DNA of 64,000 nucleotides from Motiliproteus sp. MSK22-1 (GTDB taxonomy: Bacteria; Pseudomonadota; Gammaproteobacteria; Pseudomonadales; Balneatricaceae), in assembly GCF_001968815.1 (NCBI RefSeq), contig NZ_MIEQ01000049.1:155757-219756 (forward strand). The letters run 5' to 3'. The notes beneath the pieces are model-generated. The model was not told the DNA's origin. It worked only from the letters and a program-made list of their open reading frames with translations, and made no database searches. Made by a program: the position numbers and the translations under genes. Positions 20,373 through 29,377 of the stretch are shown here, in pieces (within the stretch, counting starts at the first letter, position 1; each line of letters begins with the position of its first letter).

Positions 20373-21053
20373 GTGAGCCAGCCTTTTTCATCGACACCGA
20401 CACCGCAACTGGTGCTGTTTGATCTGGATGGCACACTGGTGGATAGCCTTCCCGGTCTGACAATGGCAACGGACCAGATGTTGTTGTCTCTGGGCAGAGC
20501 TCCTGCTGGAATCGCCGCTGTTTGTCAGTGGGTTGGTAACGGTGCTGCGACACTGGTCAGACGAGCTTTATCCAACTCAATAGAGGTCGATAAAAGTCTG
20601 GATCCCCAGCTGGTGAATGAGGCCTTGAAAGTCTTTATGCACGCTTATCGTGAATCGATTGCAGAGGGTACTGTGCTTTATCCGGGGGTACGCGGGTTTC
20701 TCGATGAGTTGAAATTGAGAAAAGTCCCTATGGCGATTGTCACCAACAAACCGGAAGGTTTTGTGCCGGATATTATCAACAGTCTGGAATTGCACGGGTA
20801 CTTTCAACTGGTGGTGGGAGGGGACACATTAGCGACCAAAAAACCGGATCCAGAACCCCTGCTTCATGCTGCAAAATCTTTTTCTGTGCCTCCTGCCAGG
20901 GTGTTAATGGTGGGGGATTCCAGGCATGACGTAAGAGCAGCCCGCAACGCTGGTATGCCGGTAGCCTGCGTTACCTATGGGTACAATCATGGTGAATCCA
21001 TAGCTGAAAGCTCTCCAGATTGGGTTGTTGATTCATTTATGGAGCTGTTGTAG
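20373..21053 (+). CDS. gph: phosphoglycolate phosphatase (HAD superfamily)
   Basis: LVLFDLDGTLVDS HAD motif I. Sits downstream of rpe as in the E. coli rpe-gph operon. Starts at GTG. Confidence 0.85.
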   Translation: MSQPFSSTPTPQLVLFDLDGTLVDSLPGLTMATDQMLLSLGRAPAGIAAVCQWVGNGAATLVRRALSNSIEVDKSLDPQLVNEALKVFMHAYRESIAEGTVLYPGVRGFLDELKLRKVPMAIVTNKPEGFVPDIINSLELHGYFQLVVGGDTLATKKPDPEPLLHAAKSFSVPPARVLMVGDSRHDVRAARNAGMPVACVTYGYNHGESIAESSPDWVVDSFMELL

Positions 21054-21101
21054 CGAACTTGCTCCCAGAGGGTAGTGCTTACCAGTGAAAGAATCGTACC
21101 G

Positions 21102-21641
21102 ATGAAAAAGTTAATACAATCAATGAAGCAGTTCTGCAAAGGCTTGTCGGTAATTTTTGTGCTCTTTGCAGGTGTGCTGTTATCCGGCTGTGAACCTGTG
21201 GGAAATCCTGATGGGTTGGTTGATAACGGGCCCAACTTATCTCAACTGAAATTGACAAAGCTGGACGGTTCATCGTCCAGACTCAGTGATTTCAGCGGAA
21301 AAACACTGATTATCAATTTCTGGGCAACCTGGTGTGCTCCCTGTCGTGAAGAGATGCCTGCATTACAGGCTATGAGTGAGCAGTTGGATTCGAATTCCTA
21401 CGTTGTTTTAGGGGTGAGTGTTGATACCAGTGCGGATAGGGTGACCGGTTTTTTGCGAGAAAATAATGTCAGTTTCCAGCAGTTCATTGATCCAAAGATG
21501 GAGCTTGCGATGTCAGATCTGAAAATTCGCGCCTTTCCAGAAACGCTGATAGTGTCTCCTGAAGGTAAGGTGCTTCGACGTATCTTAGGGGCCAGGGCTT
21601 GGGGAGATAAGAATTACTACCAAGAGATACTGGTTCCATAA
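21102..21641 (+). CDS. TlpA/ResA-family thiol-disulfide oxidoreductase lipoprotein
   Basis: Lipoprotein signal MKKLIQSMKQFCKGLSVIFVLFAGVLLSGC and thioredoxin motif WATWCAPCREEMP. ATG 21102 preferred over GTG 21075. Confidence 0.8.
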   Translation: MKKLIQSMKQFCKGLSVIFVLFAGVLLSGCEPVGNPDGLVDNGPNLSQLKLTKLDGSSSRLSDFSGKTLIINFWATWCAPCREEMPALQAMSEQLDSNSYVVLGVSVDTSADRVTGFLRENNVSFQQFIDPKMELAMSDLKIRAFPETLIVSPEGKVLRRILGARAWGDKNYYQEILVP

Positions 21642-21722
21642 CCCGCGTTGGTATAAAACGTGCCGTTGTAATCGTCGCTATAAACCAATGGCAGTTTGAA
21701 CGTATATCTGGTGTTTTCGGCA

Positions 21723-21755
21723 GATTCCCTGAACAAAAGCTTTTGTTCAGGAATC
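21723..21755. promoter_or_regulatory. 33-bp near-perfect palindrome GATTCC(C)TGAACAAAAG|CTTTTGTTCAGGAATC
   Basis: Read directly. 16/17 arm match with a one-base bulge, 80 nt downstream of the tlpA-like gene and 150 nt upstream of cytochrome c5. Confidence 0.5.
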
Positions 21756-21904
21756 ATTCAGGCTTACTCGGTTAAATTCGTTGCTAAGATCAACTTTACC
21801 AAGATTTACTACTAAATCATGAATGAATTGAGGCAGGAATCTGGTATATTCTCACGCTGCTCTTACAGAGCTTAAAAATCGACAAATGCTAATAGGTTGG
21901 AACT

Positions 21905-22201
21905 ATGAAAAAAGTACTTGCTTTCGCAGCTACTGCTCTGTTGAGCGCTGGTGCATTCGCCGCTGATGGTGAAGCTGTATTTAACAAGGCTTGTGTGACT
22001 TGTCACAGCCCCGCTGTTGCTGGAGCCATGGGTGCTCCTGCTGCTCATGACGCTGCAGCCTGGGCTCCTCGTATTGCCGATGGTATTGACGCGGCTGTAG
22101 CCAGTGCTAAAGCCGGTAAAGGCGGAATGCCTCCTATGGGTCTGTGCATGGATTGTTCCGATGACCAGCTAAAAGCTGCTATCGAGTTCATGGCCAAGTA
22201 A
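21905..22201 (+). CDS. cytochrome c5 (mono-haem c-type cytochrome)
   Basis: Signal peptide plus single CVTCH haem-binding motif and a C-terminal Met/Cys region (GGMPPMGLCMDCSDDQL) typical of c5. Confidence 0.85.
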   Translation: MKKVLAFAATALLSAGAFAADGEAVFNKACVTCHSPAVAGAMGAPAAHDAAAWAPRIADGIDAAVASAKAGKGGMPPMGLCMDCSDDQLKAAIEFMAK

Positions 22202-22208
22202 GAACTCT

Positions 22209-22240
22209 AAGGCCATGACTGTTGAGTCATGGCCTTTTCT
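22209..22240 (+). terminator. rho-independent terminator after cytochrome c5
   Basis: AAGGCCATGACT-gttg-AGTCATGGCCTT perfect 12-bp stem followed by TTTTCT, 8 nt after the stop. Confidence 0.8.
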
Positions 22241-22642
22241 ACTCCCTTCTAGACCGTCGTCAGATAGTCAATATTGGCTATGATCAACTGGCAGGTGATG
22301 AGATATTGTTTACCTGTGACCATAAAAAATGCTGATAATATTCGCACACAGGTATCTGAGAGACAGGCTCTGCCAGCAGTTAAGGACAGTAATCTCGTAC
22401 AGAGGTCCCTTAATCTAGATCATTTTTGTATCTTCTCAAATTGTCTAAAATGACTTTGCTTATAGTCAGATGTTGCCAAAAATCATTTCGTTATTGGCTG
22501 ATAAGTGATCGCTCACTTTTGATCCCGTTTCACTTAACATCCGGAAAAGTTTCTCTGCCGGTAAACCTTTTCGGATACCGGGTGTCAGATGGGCAGTCTT
22601 GAAATAAGTAAACTGAGTATTAAGAGTTGAATTAGGGTTTTT

Positions 22643-23893
22643 ATGATTACCTTCTGGCTGTCTGCCATCGTACTGGTGGTTCTTGCATCATTCTTCTTTT
22701 GGCTTCCATTTATTAATAGAAAGCAGCTGGTTTCTGACGATGAAGACATTGACCGGAATGCTCTGAACATTGAAATATTTAAAGGGCGGGTTGCTGAGCT
22801 ACAAAAGGAACTGGATGACGGTAATCTTGACCAGGAATCTTTCCTGGAGCTTAAACGTGAACTTGAGCAGAATTTACTGGAAGAAGTCGATGATACTCAG
22901 CAAACCAGCAAAGCTCGTCGTTTACCCATGGTGCTTCCAGCGGCTTTGAGTGTTCTGGTTCCGCTTTTGGCTGTGGTGTTATATCTGCAATGGGGTGAAA
23001 GTCAAAAGTTGGATCTGGCGCCGGAAATGGCAACCAGCTCTCAAGAGCAGCTCCGTAACTCTGATATTGATACTCAGATTGCGGGTCTTAAAGCCCAGCT
23101 TGATGCTGATCCCAGTAATGCTGAAGGTTGGTTTATGCTTGCCCGTACCTATTTGACACTGGAGCGCTATCAGCAAGCTTATGATGCATTCACCCAGTTG
23201 ACATCAGTCGTTGGTGAACACCCACAAATACTCAGTCAGCAGGCACAGGCGCTGTACCTTTTGAATGGCAGTGTGATTGATTCAGAGGTTCAAACCCTGA
23301 TAGATCGGGCATTGGCTTTAGATCCGAATGATCCCGGAACGCTTGGCTTTTTGGGTATGACTTCGTTTGAATCTGGTGACTACAAGCAAGCTATTGATTA
23401 TTGGCAACAAACTCTGAACAGCGGTAATCCCAACGTCAATGCAGAAGGACTCACATCGGCGATTCAGCAGGCCCAGGCTGAGTTGGCTAAACAGGGTATT
23501 GTCTACGAGCCGAAGTCTGTTCCACCAGTATCTGCGGCTAACGGGGCTGAGCTCAGTATCAGAGTTGATTTAGATGAGTCCCTGAAGTCGATGGCTCAAG
23601 GGGATACAACGGTATTTGTCTACGCTCAGGCGGTGAGCGGTCCCAAGATGCCACTGGCGGCTGTTAGAATTCAGGTTAAGGACCTTCCGGCTACAGTGAA
23701 ACTGAATGATAACCAGGCGATGGGGCCAATGGCAAAGTTATCCAGCGCGGAGCAGGTAAATGTTCGAGCAATGGTTAGCCACTCCGGCACGGCAACTTCT
23801 CAAAAAGGGGATTTTTACGGAATTATCGGTCCGATAGAAGTTGCGAATAATCAGGAAACGATGGCACTGAAAATCAATCAGCTAGTCGAATAG
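22643..23893 (+). CDS. ccmI: cytochrome c-type biogenesis protein CcmI (CycH), TPR-containing
   Basis: N-terminal TM helix, TPR region (GWFMLARTYLTLERYQQA...) and the characteristic C-terminal domain. Confidence 0.82.
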   Translation: MITFWLSAIVLVVLASFFFWLPFINRKQLVSDDEDIDRNALNIEIFKGRVAELQKELDDGNLDQESFLELKRELEQNLLEEVDDTQQTSKARRLPMVLPAALSVLVPLLAVVLYLQWGESQKLDLAPEMATSSQEQLRNSDIDTQIAGLKAQLDADPSNAEGWFMLARTYLTLERYQQAYDAFTQLTSVVGEHPQILSQQAQALYLLNGSVIDSEVQTLIDRALALDPNDPGTLGFLGMTSFESGDYKQAIDYWQQTLNSGNPNVNAEGLTSAIQQAQAELAKQGIVYEPKSVPPVSAANGAELSIRVDLDESLKSMAQGDTTVFVYAQAVSGPKMPLAAVRIQVKDLPATVKLNDNQAMGPMAKLSSAEQVNVRAMVSHSGTATSQKGDFYGIIGPIEVANNQETMALKINQLVE

Positions 23894-23992
23894 TCTAGTG
23901 ATTGAGTCAGAAGTGTTGAAAGTTGAGCGGGATTGTTAATTTCAATTTCGTATTTTTCATATATTAGTGGATTATCTGGGGTAGTTTCAGCA

Positions 23993-24460
23993 ATGACTCC
24001 GAAACGCAAAAAACGTATGGCTTTTGTAATTTCCATCGTCCTGGGTGTCAGTCTGGCGGTGGGCTTGTCTTTGTACGGGTTGAATCAGAACATTAATCTG
24101 TTCTTCTCACCCACCCAGATTGCTAACGGAGAGGCACCCCAGGATCAGCGGATGCGCGCTGGTGGGATGGTGGTTGAAGGAAGCGTTAAGCGAGATAAAC
24201 AAAGTCTATTAGTCGAGTTCGGACTCACAGATTATCAGGAAACGATCTCTGTTCAATATTCAGGAATTCTTCCTGATCTGTTCAGAGAAGGGCAGGGTAT
24301 TGTTGCACAGGGGGTTATGAATCCTGATGGTATTTTTGTAGCCAGTGAAGTGCTGGCAAAGCATGACGAAAACTATATGCCTCCAGAAGTGCAGGAAGCG
24401 CTTGATGCGGCTGGTAAAACGGCCGATGGCAGCACCGCTGCCGTCCAGAGCGGAGGTTAA
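23993..24460 (+). CDS. ccmE: cytochrome c-type biogenesis protein CcmE (haem chaperone)
   Basis: [12 protein letters not shown]... TM anchor and OB-fold with the haem-binding His region (…[12 protein letters not shown]). ATG 23993 verified. Confidence 0.92.
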   Translation: MTPKRKKRMAFVISIVLGVSLAVGLSLYGLNQNINLFFSPTQIANGEAPQDQRMRAGGMVVEGSVKRDKQSLLVEFGLTDYQETISVQYSGILPDLFREGQGIVAQGVMNPDGIFVASEVLAKHDENYMPPEVQEALDAAGKTADGSTAAVQSGG

Positions 24461-24463
24461 TCA

Positions 24464-26449
24464 ATGATCCCTGAATTAGGTCATTTGGCGCTGATACTTG
24501 CTTTTTGCTTCTTTTTGGTTCTGGCTATTGTCCCATTGATTGGCGCATCGACAGCCAACGATTCACTAATGAGTTACGCACGCCCTTTAACCTGGGGGAT
24601 GTTTTTGTTCCTCAGTTGTAGCTTCGGTGCGCTTTTTTATGCCTTCCTGACGGATGACTTTTCTGTTAAGTACGTTGCTAATCATTCTAATACGCACCTA
24701 CCTACCGCCTTTAAAGCCAGTGCTGTATGGGGGGGGCATGAGGGATCGTTGCTGTTGTGGTTGTGGATTCTGGGGGCCTGGACTTTTGCGGTCAGTATCC
24801 TGAGTGGAAGCATGCCGAAGGATGTGTTGGCGCGGGTGCTGGCGGTTATGGGGATGAATGGTATTGGATTTTCACTATTTATCCTAATGACCTCTAATCC
24901 TTTTGACCGCTATCTGCCGAATTTCCCTGCCGAAGGAGCAGACCTCAATCCGTTGCTTCAGGACTTCGGGTTAGTCGTTCATCCTCCGATGCTTTATATG
25001 GGTTATGTTGGTTTCTCAGTGGCCTTTGCGTTTGCTATTGCTGCTCTGATGAGTGGTCGTTTGGATGCTGCCTGGGCTCGTTGGTCCCGGCCTTGGACAA
25101 CCGTAGCTTGGGCGTTTTTAACTCTGGGTATTGCATTGGGCAGTTGGTGGGCCTATTACGAGCTGGGTTGGGGCGGTTGGTGGTTTTGGGATCCGGTAGA
25201 AAACGCTTCCTTTATGCCCTGGCTGGTAGGCACGGCGTTGATCCACTCATTGGCGGTAACAGAAAAACGTGGTGTCTTTAAAAGCTGGACGCTGTTGTTA
25301 GCGATTTTTGCTTTTTCCTTGAGTCTGTTGGGGACCTTTCTGGTTCGTTCCGGAGTACTGACTTCCGTGCATGCTTTTGCCTCCGACCCTTCCCGAGGGT
25401 TCTTTGTATTAGTACTGCTTGCTATTACTGTTGGTGGCTCATTGTTACTCTACGCATTAAAAGCGCCAAGTGTGCGGAGCGAATCCAGTTTTAGCCTGGT
25501 CTCACGGGAATCCTTCCTGTTGCTTAATAATATTATCCTTGTCGTTGTGTGCTTGACGGTACTGTTGGGAACGCTGTATCCACTGTTTGCTGATGCATTA
25601 GGGCTTGGCAAGATTTCTGTCGGACCTCCTTATTTCAATACCTTCTTTATTCCATTTATGAGCATTCTTTCGCTGTTGATGGGGATTGGCATGGTCGCCC
25701 GCTGGAAAAACACTAAGGGCTCTCATCTGAGCAGCAATTTGCTGGTATCTGCATTACTGTCTATTCTGGCGGCATTTTCATTACCCTATCTCTACCATGA
25801 TGATCTTAACTGGGGAGGTGCACTCGGGGCCGGACTGATGGCCTGGATTGTCTTGGTTGTTGTTAAGGATCTGTTGAATAAAATTACCCATAAGAAAAAC
25901 AAGTGGCTGGGTCTCAAAAGCCTGTCCCGTAGTTATTATGGCATGATGCTGGCCCATGTCGGTGTTGGTGTCACCATTGTTGGTATTGCAATGGTGTCCA
26001 TCTATGACGAAGCGCGTGACCTGCGTATGGATGTGGGTGATCAGGTGACAATGGGGAACTATACCTTTGTATTTAGAGGCACTTCCCATGTAACAGGGCC
26101 CAATTTTGTCAGTGATCAGGCGTTGATTGATGTGCTGAAAGATGGTGAGCCGTACAGCCAGATGCATCCGGAAAAGCGTGTTTACAATGCTCAGCGTTCA
26201 ATGATGACTGAGGCTGCGATCGACCCTGGTTTGTTCCGTGACCTGTATGTCGCTTTGGGTGAGCCGCTGGAAGGTACCGCCTGGGCTGTTAGAGTCCAGC
26301 ACAAGCCATTTATACGCTGGATCTGGCTGGGGGCTATTTTCATGACAGTTGGTGGTTTACTGGCTGCATCAGATCCTCGTTATCGCCGAAAGAAACAGAA
26401 AGTGAAAACAGGCAAAGCCTCTCAGCAAGATCAACTGGCCGTTGCCTGA
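24464..26449 (+). CDS. ccmF: cytochrome c-type biogenesis haem lyase CcmF
   Basis: 661-aa polytopic protein with the WWFWDPVENASFMPWL tryptophan-rich motif. Confidence 0.93.
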   Translation: MIPELGHLALILAFCFFLVLAIVPLIGASTANDSLMSYARPLTWGMFLFLSCSFGALFYAFLTDDFSVKYVANHSNTHLPTAFKASAVWGGHEGSLLLWLWILGAWTFAVSILSGSMPKDVLARVLAVMGMNGIGFSLFILMTSNPFDRYLPNFPAEGADLNPLLQDFGLVVHPPMLYMGYVGFSVAFAFAIAALMSGRLDAAWARWSRPWTTVAWAFLTLGIALGSWWAYYELGWGGWWFWDPVENASFMPWLVGTALIHSLAVTEKRGVFKSWTLLLAIFAFSLSLLGTFLVRSGVLTSVHAFASDPSRGFFVLVLLAITVGGSLLLYALKAPSVRSESSFSLVSRESFLLLNNIILVVVCLTVLLGTLYPLFADALGLGKISVGPPYFNTFFIPFMSILSLLMGIGMVARWKNTKGSHLSSNLLVSALLSILAAFSLPYLYHDDLNWGGALGAGLMAWIVLVVVKDLLNKITHKKNKWLGLKSLSRSYYGMMLAHVGVGVTIVGIAMVSIYDEARDLRMDVGDQVTMGNYTFVFRGTSHVTGPNFVSDQALIDVLKDGEPYSQMHPEKRVYNAQRSMMTEAAIDPGLFRDLYVALGEPLEGTAWAVRVQHKPFIRWIWLGAIFMTVGGLLAASDPRYRRKKQKVKTGKASQQDQLAVA

Positions 26450-26471
26450 TTAGGGAAGGAGATAGGATCTA

Positions 26472-27005
26472 ATGAATACCCGCCGTTTGCTGTTGTTTAT
26501 ACCTTTGCTGATTGCTATTGGTCTGGGTGTATTCTTGTTAAAGGGGCTGTCACTGAATCCTCAGGAGCTACCATCGGCATTGATAGGTAAACCCTTCCCC
26601 CAGTTTGAAATAGCCTCTCTGCAGGATCCTGATCGCATGCTGAGTCGTGATGATTTGCTGGGCCAGCCATCACTCGTTAATGTCTGGGCCACATGGTGCC
26701 CCTCTTGTAAAATTGAGCATCCGCAACTTTTGGATATTGCCAGAAATGAAGGTGTAAAAATCTTTGGTCTCAACTATAAAGACGATCGAGAGTCGGCCAA
26801 AGTATGGTTAAAGCAATATGAAAATCCCTATGCACTGAATATCTACGATAAAGAAGGGCGCCTGGGGTTTGATCTGGGAGTTTATGGCGCTCCAGAAACC
26901 TATGTGCTTGATGCTGAAGGTATTATCCGTTTTCGCCATGCGGGGCCGGTAGATATAAATACCTGGGCGAAAATGAAAGCTCTGATGAGCGAGCTGGGAA
27001 GTTAG
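26472..27005 (+). CDS. ccmG: thiol:disulfide interchange protein DsbE/CcmG
   Basis: TM anchor plus WATWCPSCKIEHP and GAPETYV motifs. Confidence 0.92.
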   Translation: MNTRRLLLFIPLLIAIGLGVFLLKGLSLNPQELPSALIGKPFPQFEIASLQDPDRMLSRDDLLGQPSLVNVWATWCPSCKIEHPQLLDIARNEGVKIFGLNYKDDRESAKVWLKQYENPYALNIYDKEGRLGFDLGVYGAPETYVLDAEGIIRFRHAGPVDINTWAKMKALMSELGS

Positions 27006-27090
27006 CGAACCGACAATCTGAGCTCAGCAGTCGAGTTATAGCCAGCAGCTAACAACTTGAGCCCAGGGTCAAACTGATTTGGAGTAAGGA

Positions 27091-27546
27091 ATGGCTTTTG
27101 CACTAGGGTTACATCTGTTGGCTGCGGTTATCTGGGTCGGAGGTATGCTATTGATGCTGCATGTAGTGCGGCCTGTCGCTGTATCCCTGCTTGAGCCTCC
27201 CCAGCGAATACCGTTGCTAAGCCGCATGCTGGGAAAGTTCTTTATACAAGTCTGGGGAGCCATCGCGGTTCTGCTCATTACCGGTTTCTGGATGATATTT
27301 TCGGTGTTTGGAGGCATGGCAAACGTCGGTTGGCACGTCCATCTGATGTTGGGCTTAGGTCTGATCATGATTTTGTTATTCCTGATTCTCTATTTTATCC
27401 CCTATCGTAAGTTGCAGATATGTGTCGATGAGAGTCGTTGGCCTGATGCCGGTGCGCAGCTGGGGAAGATTCGAATGCTGGTGATGGTTAACGCACTTTT
27501 GGGCACCTTAATCGTTTTAGCTGCTAGCGGCGGTCGGTATTTATAG
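27091..27546 (+). CDS. 4-TM inner-membrane protein of unknown function (CopD/HemJ-like topology)
   Basis: 151-aa ORF with four hydrophobic helices, directly downstream of ccmG where ccmH would normally lie. No CXXC motif, so it is not CcmH. Confidence 0.55.
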   Translation: MAFALGLHLLAAVIWVGGMLLMLHVVRPVAVSLLEPPQRIPLLSRMLGKFFIQVWGAIAVLLITGFWMIFSVFGGMANVGWHVHLMLGLGLIMILLFLILYFIPYRKLQICVDESRWPDAGAQLGKIRMLVMVNALLGTLIVLAASGGRYL

Positions 27547-27591
27547 TCGTTCGTTGACCCCGGTTTAGTTTTTATTAATTGATCCGTTACT

Positions 27592-27633
27592 CAAAACAAA
27601 AGGCCGCTGTAGCATTGCTGACAGCGGCCTTTG
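27592..27633. terminator. bidirectional rho-independent terminator between the convergent membrane-protein gene and ushA
   Basis: AAAACAAAA-GGCCGCTGT-agcattgctg-ACAGCGGCC-TTTG: a 9-bp GC-rich stem flanked by an A-run and a T-run. Confidence 0.75.
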
Positions 27634-27669
27634 TATGTCCAGGCAACCAATCCTTATTTGAACATCGGA

Positions 27670-29304
27670 CTAGTAGCGATTGACGATTCCAGCGGGGTCA
27701 TAAGTGGATATTTTAAGAGGAGTGTTTTTCTGTAAGTAGTTTTTCAGTACATCTGCGTCCACAAAGCCGCTATTGACATAACTGGGCTTGTCAGAGACTT
27801 TCGGGTAGCCGTCGCCACCGGATGCCACATAGCTGTTCAGGGCCATTCGATAGATTTTACTTGTGTCCAGAGGTTGTCCCTGGATTGTTAAGTTGCTGAT
27901 TGAGCCACCGTTTACATCCATGCTTAGCCCTGCAAAGTGGGCAAACGCACCTGAATCCACAGGTTTACTGGCCACTACGGACAGGTATTCCAGCAGTTCT
28001 TTTCCAGTCATCTCTACCGAGGAAACCATATTGCCGAAAGGGTGTACTTTCAGTACGTCTTTATAGCTGATATCACCACCTTCTATACTGTCACGAATCC
28101 CTCCCGAATTAAGCACTGCCAGATCGGCATTAACTGCCTGCATTTGCGCTCTGGCAATCACAGTGCCCAGATTGCTGGGTCGGAAACGAACGATATCACG
28201 ATCTCCTTCCAGCAGGCCGTCACTGTTACCTATAACCATTTCCAGCTCCTTCTGGCCTTTTGCCTGATAGGGTTCAAGAAAATCTTGAAGCTCCTGATCG
28301 GCTGCAATTTCGGGCTGGATGTGGACACGCTTTTTCTTGCCGTCAACTTTGACTTTTTTCTTTAGATTCACGGGGATTAACTGGTAGCTGTATAGGCGCA
28401 GTTCACCGTTCTTGTATTCCAGGTCTGCGCGACCTACGTACTTGCCCCATTCGTGGGCCTGAACAATCACTGTACCATTCTGAACGTCGGGCACGCAGGC
28501 CTCTCCAGCCTTGAACTTTTCGATAACCTGATTTTCTGCTTGCATACAAACCGGGTCCTGGGAGTGACCGCCAACGACCATATCGATACCGTTGACTTGG
28601 CGCGCCAAGCGGACGTCTCCAGGAGCATTTATTCCGTGGTTGCCATTCTGATAGTGGCCCATATGGGTTGCCGCGATAATGATATCAGCTTGTTTTTCCA
28701 GTTCAGGGACCAGTTTCTCGGCTTCTTTGATTGGGTTTCTAAAATCAATATTACCAATATACTCGGGGTTGCCGACGATACCGGTATCGTCGGTAGTCAG
28801 GCCCATGACCGCGACCTTTAGGCCTTGCATATCGAATATCTGATAAGGTTTGAATAAGCGCTTATTGCTACCTTTTTCATAGATATTGGCAGACAACATC
28901 GGAAAATTTGCCCACTGCTGTTGTTTTCGCAATACACTTAAAGGGTTGTCAAATTCGTGGTTGCCAAGAGCCATGGCGTCGTAACCGATTTTACTCATCC
29001 CCTTAAAGTCCGGTTCTGCATCTTGCAAGTCAGACTCAGGTACCCCCGTGTTGATATCTCCACCGGAAAGTACCAATATCTGACCTCCTTGGGATTTGAC
29101 CTCTGCCCGGATTCGGTCGATCAGTGTTTTGCGAGCGGGCATGCCGTACTCGCCGTGTTTGTTATGCCAGAATCGTCCATGGTTATCATTGGTGTGGACA
29201 ATGGTCAGACGGTAGGTAGTATCGGCCTTAGCTACCGCCATTGCCTCAAGCGGTAAGGTTAATGCTGCTGCAAAACAGAGCGGGGATAGTGCATTTCGTA
29301 ACAT
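27670..29304 (-). CDS. ushA: bifunctional UDP-sugar hydrolase / 5'-nucleotidase (periplasmic)
   Basis: Signal peptide. Long stretches match E. coli UshA (LTIVHTNDNHGRFW, GNHEFDN, ATHMGHY, VQAHEWGKYVGRADLE). Confidence 0.93.
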   Translation of the reverse strand: MLRNALSPLCFAAALTLPLEAMAVAKADTTYRLTIVHTNDNHGRFWHNKHGEYGMPARKTLIDRIRAEVKSQGGQILVLSGGDINTGVPESDLQDAEPDFKGMSKIGYDAMALGNHEFDNPLSVLRKQQQWANFPMLSANIYEKGSNKRLFKPYQIFDMQGLKVAVMGLTTDDTGIVGNPEYIGNIDFRNPIKEAEKLVPELEKQADIIIAATHMGHYQNGNHGINAPGDVRLARQVNGIDMVVGGHSQDPVCMQAENQVIEKFKAGEACVPDVQNGTVIVQAHEWGKYVGRADLEYKNGELRLYSYQLIPVNLKKKVKVDGKKKRVHIQPEIAADQELQDFLEPYQAKGQKELEMVIGNSDGLLEGDRDIVRFRPSNLGTVIARAQMQAVNADLAVLNSGGIRDSIEGGDISYKDVLKVHPFGNMVSSVEMTGKELLEYLSVVASKPVDSGAFAHFAGLSMDVNGGSISNLTIQGQPLDTSKIYRMALNSYVASGGDGYPKVSDKPSYVNSGFVDADVLKNYLQKNTPLKISTYDPAGIVNRY

Positions 29305-29377
29305 AACTTCACCTATGATTATTGTTAGTTCCTGATGATAAAAATAAGTTTCCGCTAACTTGTTAGTACTCCGGGAG

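Noticed and set aside
21075-21101. GTG start at 21075 for the TlpA-like lipoprotein
   Set aside because: The ATG at 21102 yields a canonical lipoprotein signal (positive N-region, LLSGC lipobox). The AGAGGG RBS is too close to the GTG.
22585-22770. 61-aa minus-strand ORF in the cytochrome c5/ccmI intergenic region, overlapping the ccmI start
   Set aside because: No RBS, a low-complexity product, and it overlaps a supported gene start. Likely spurious.
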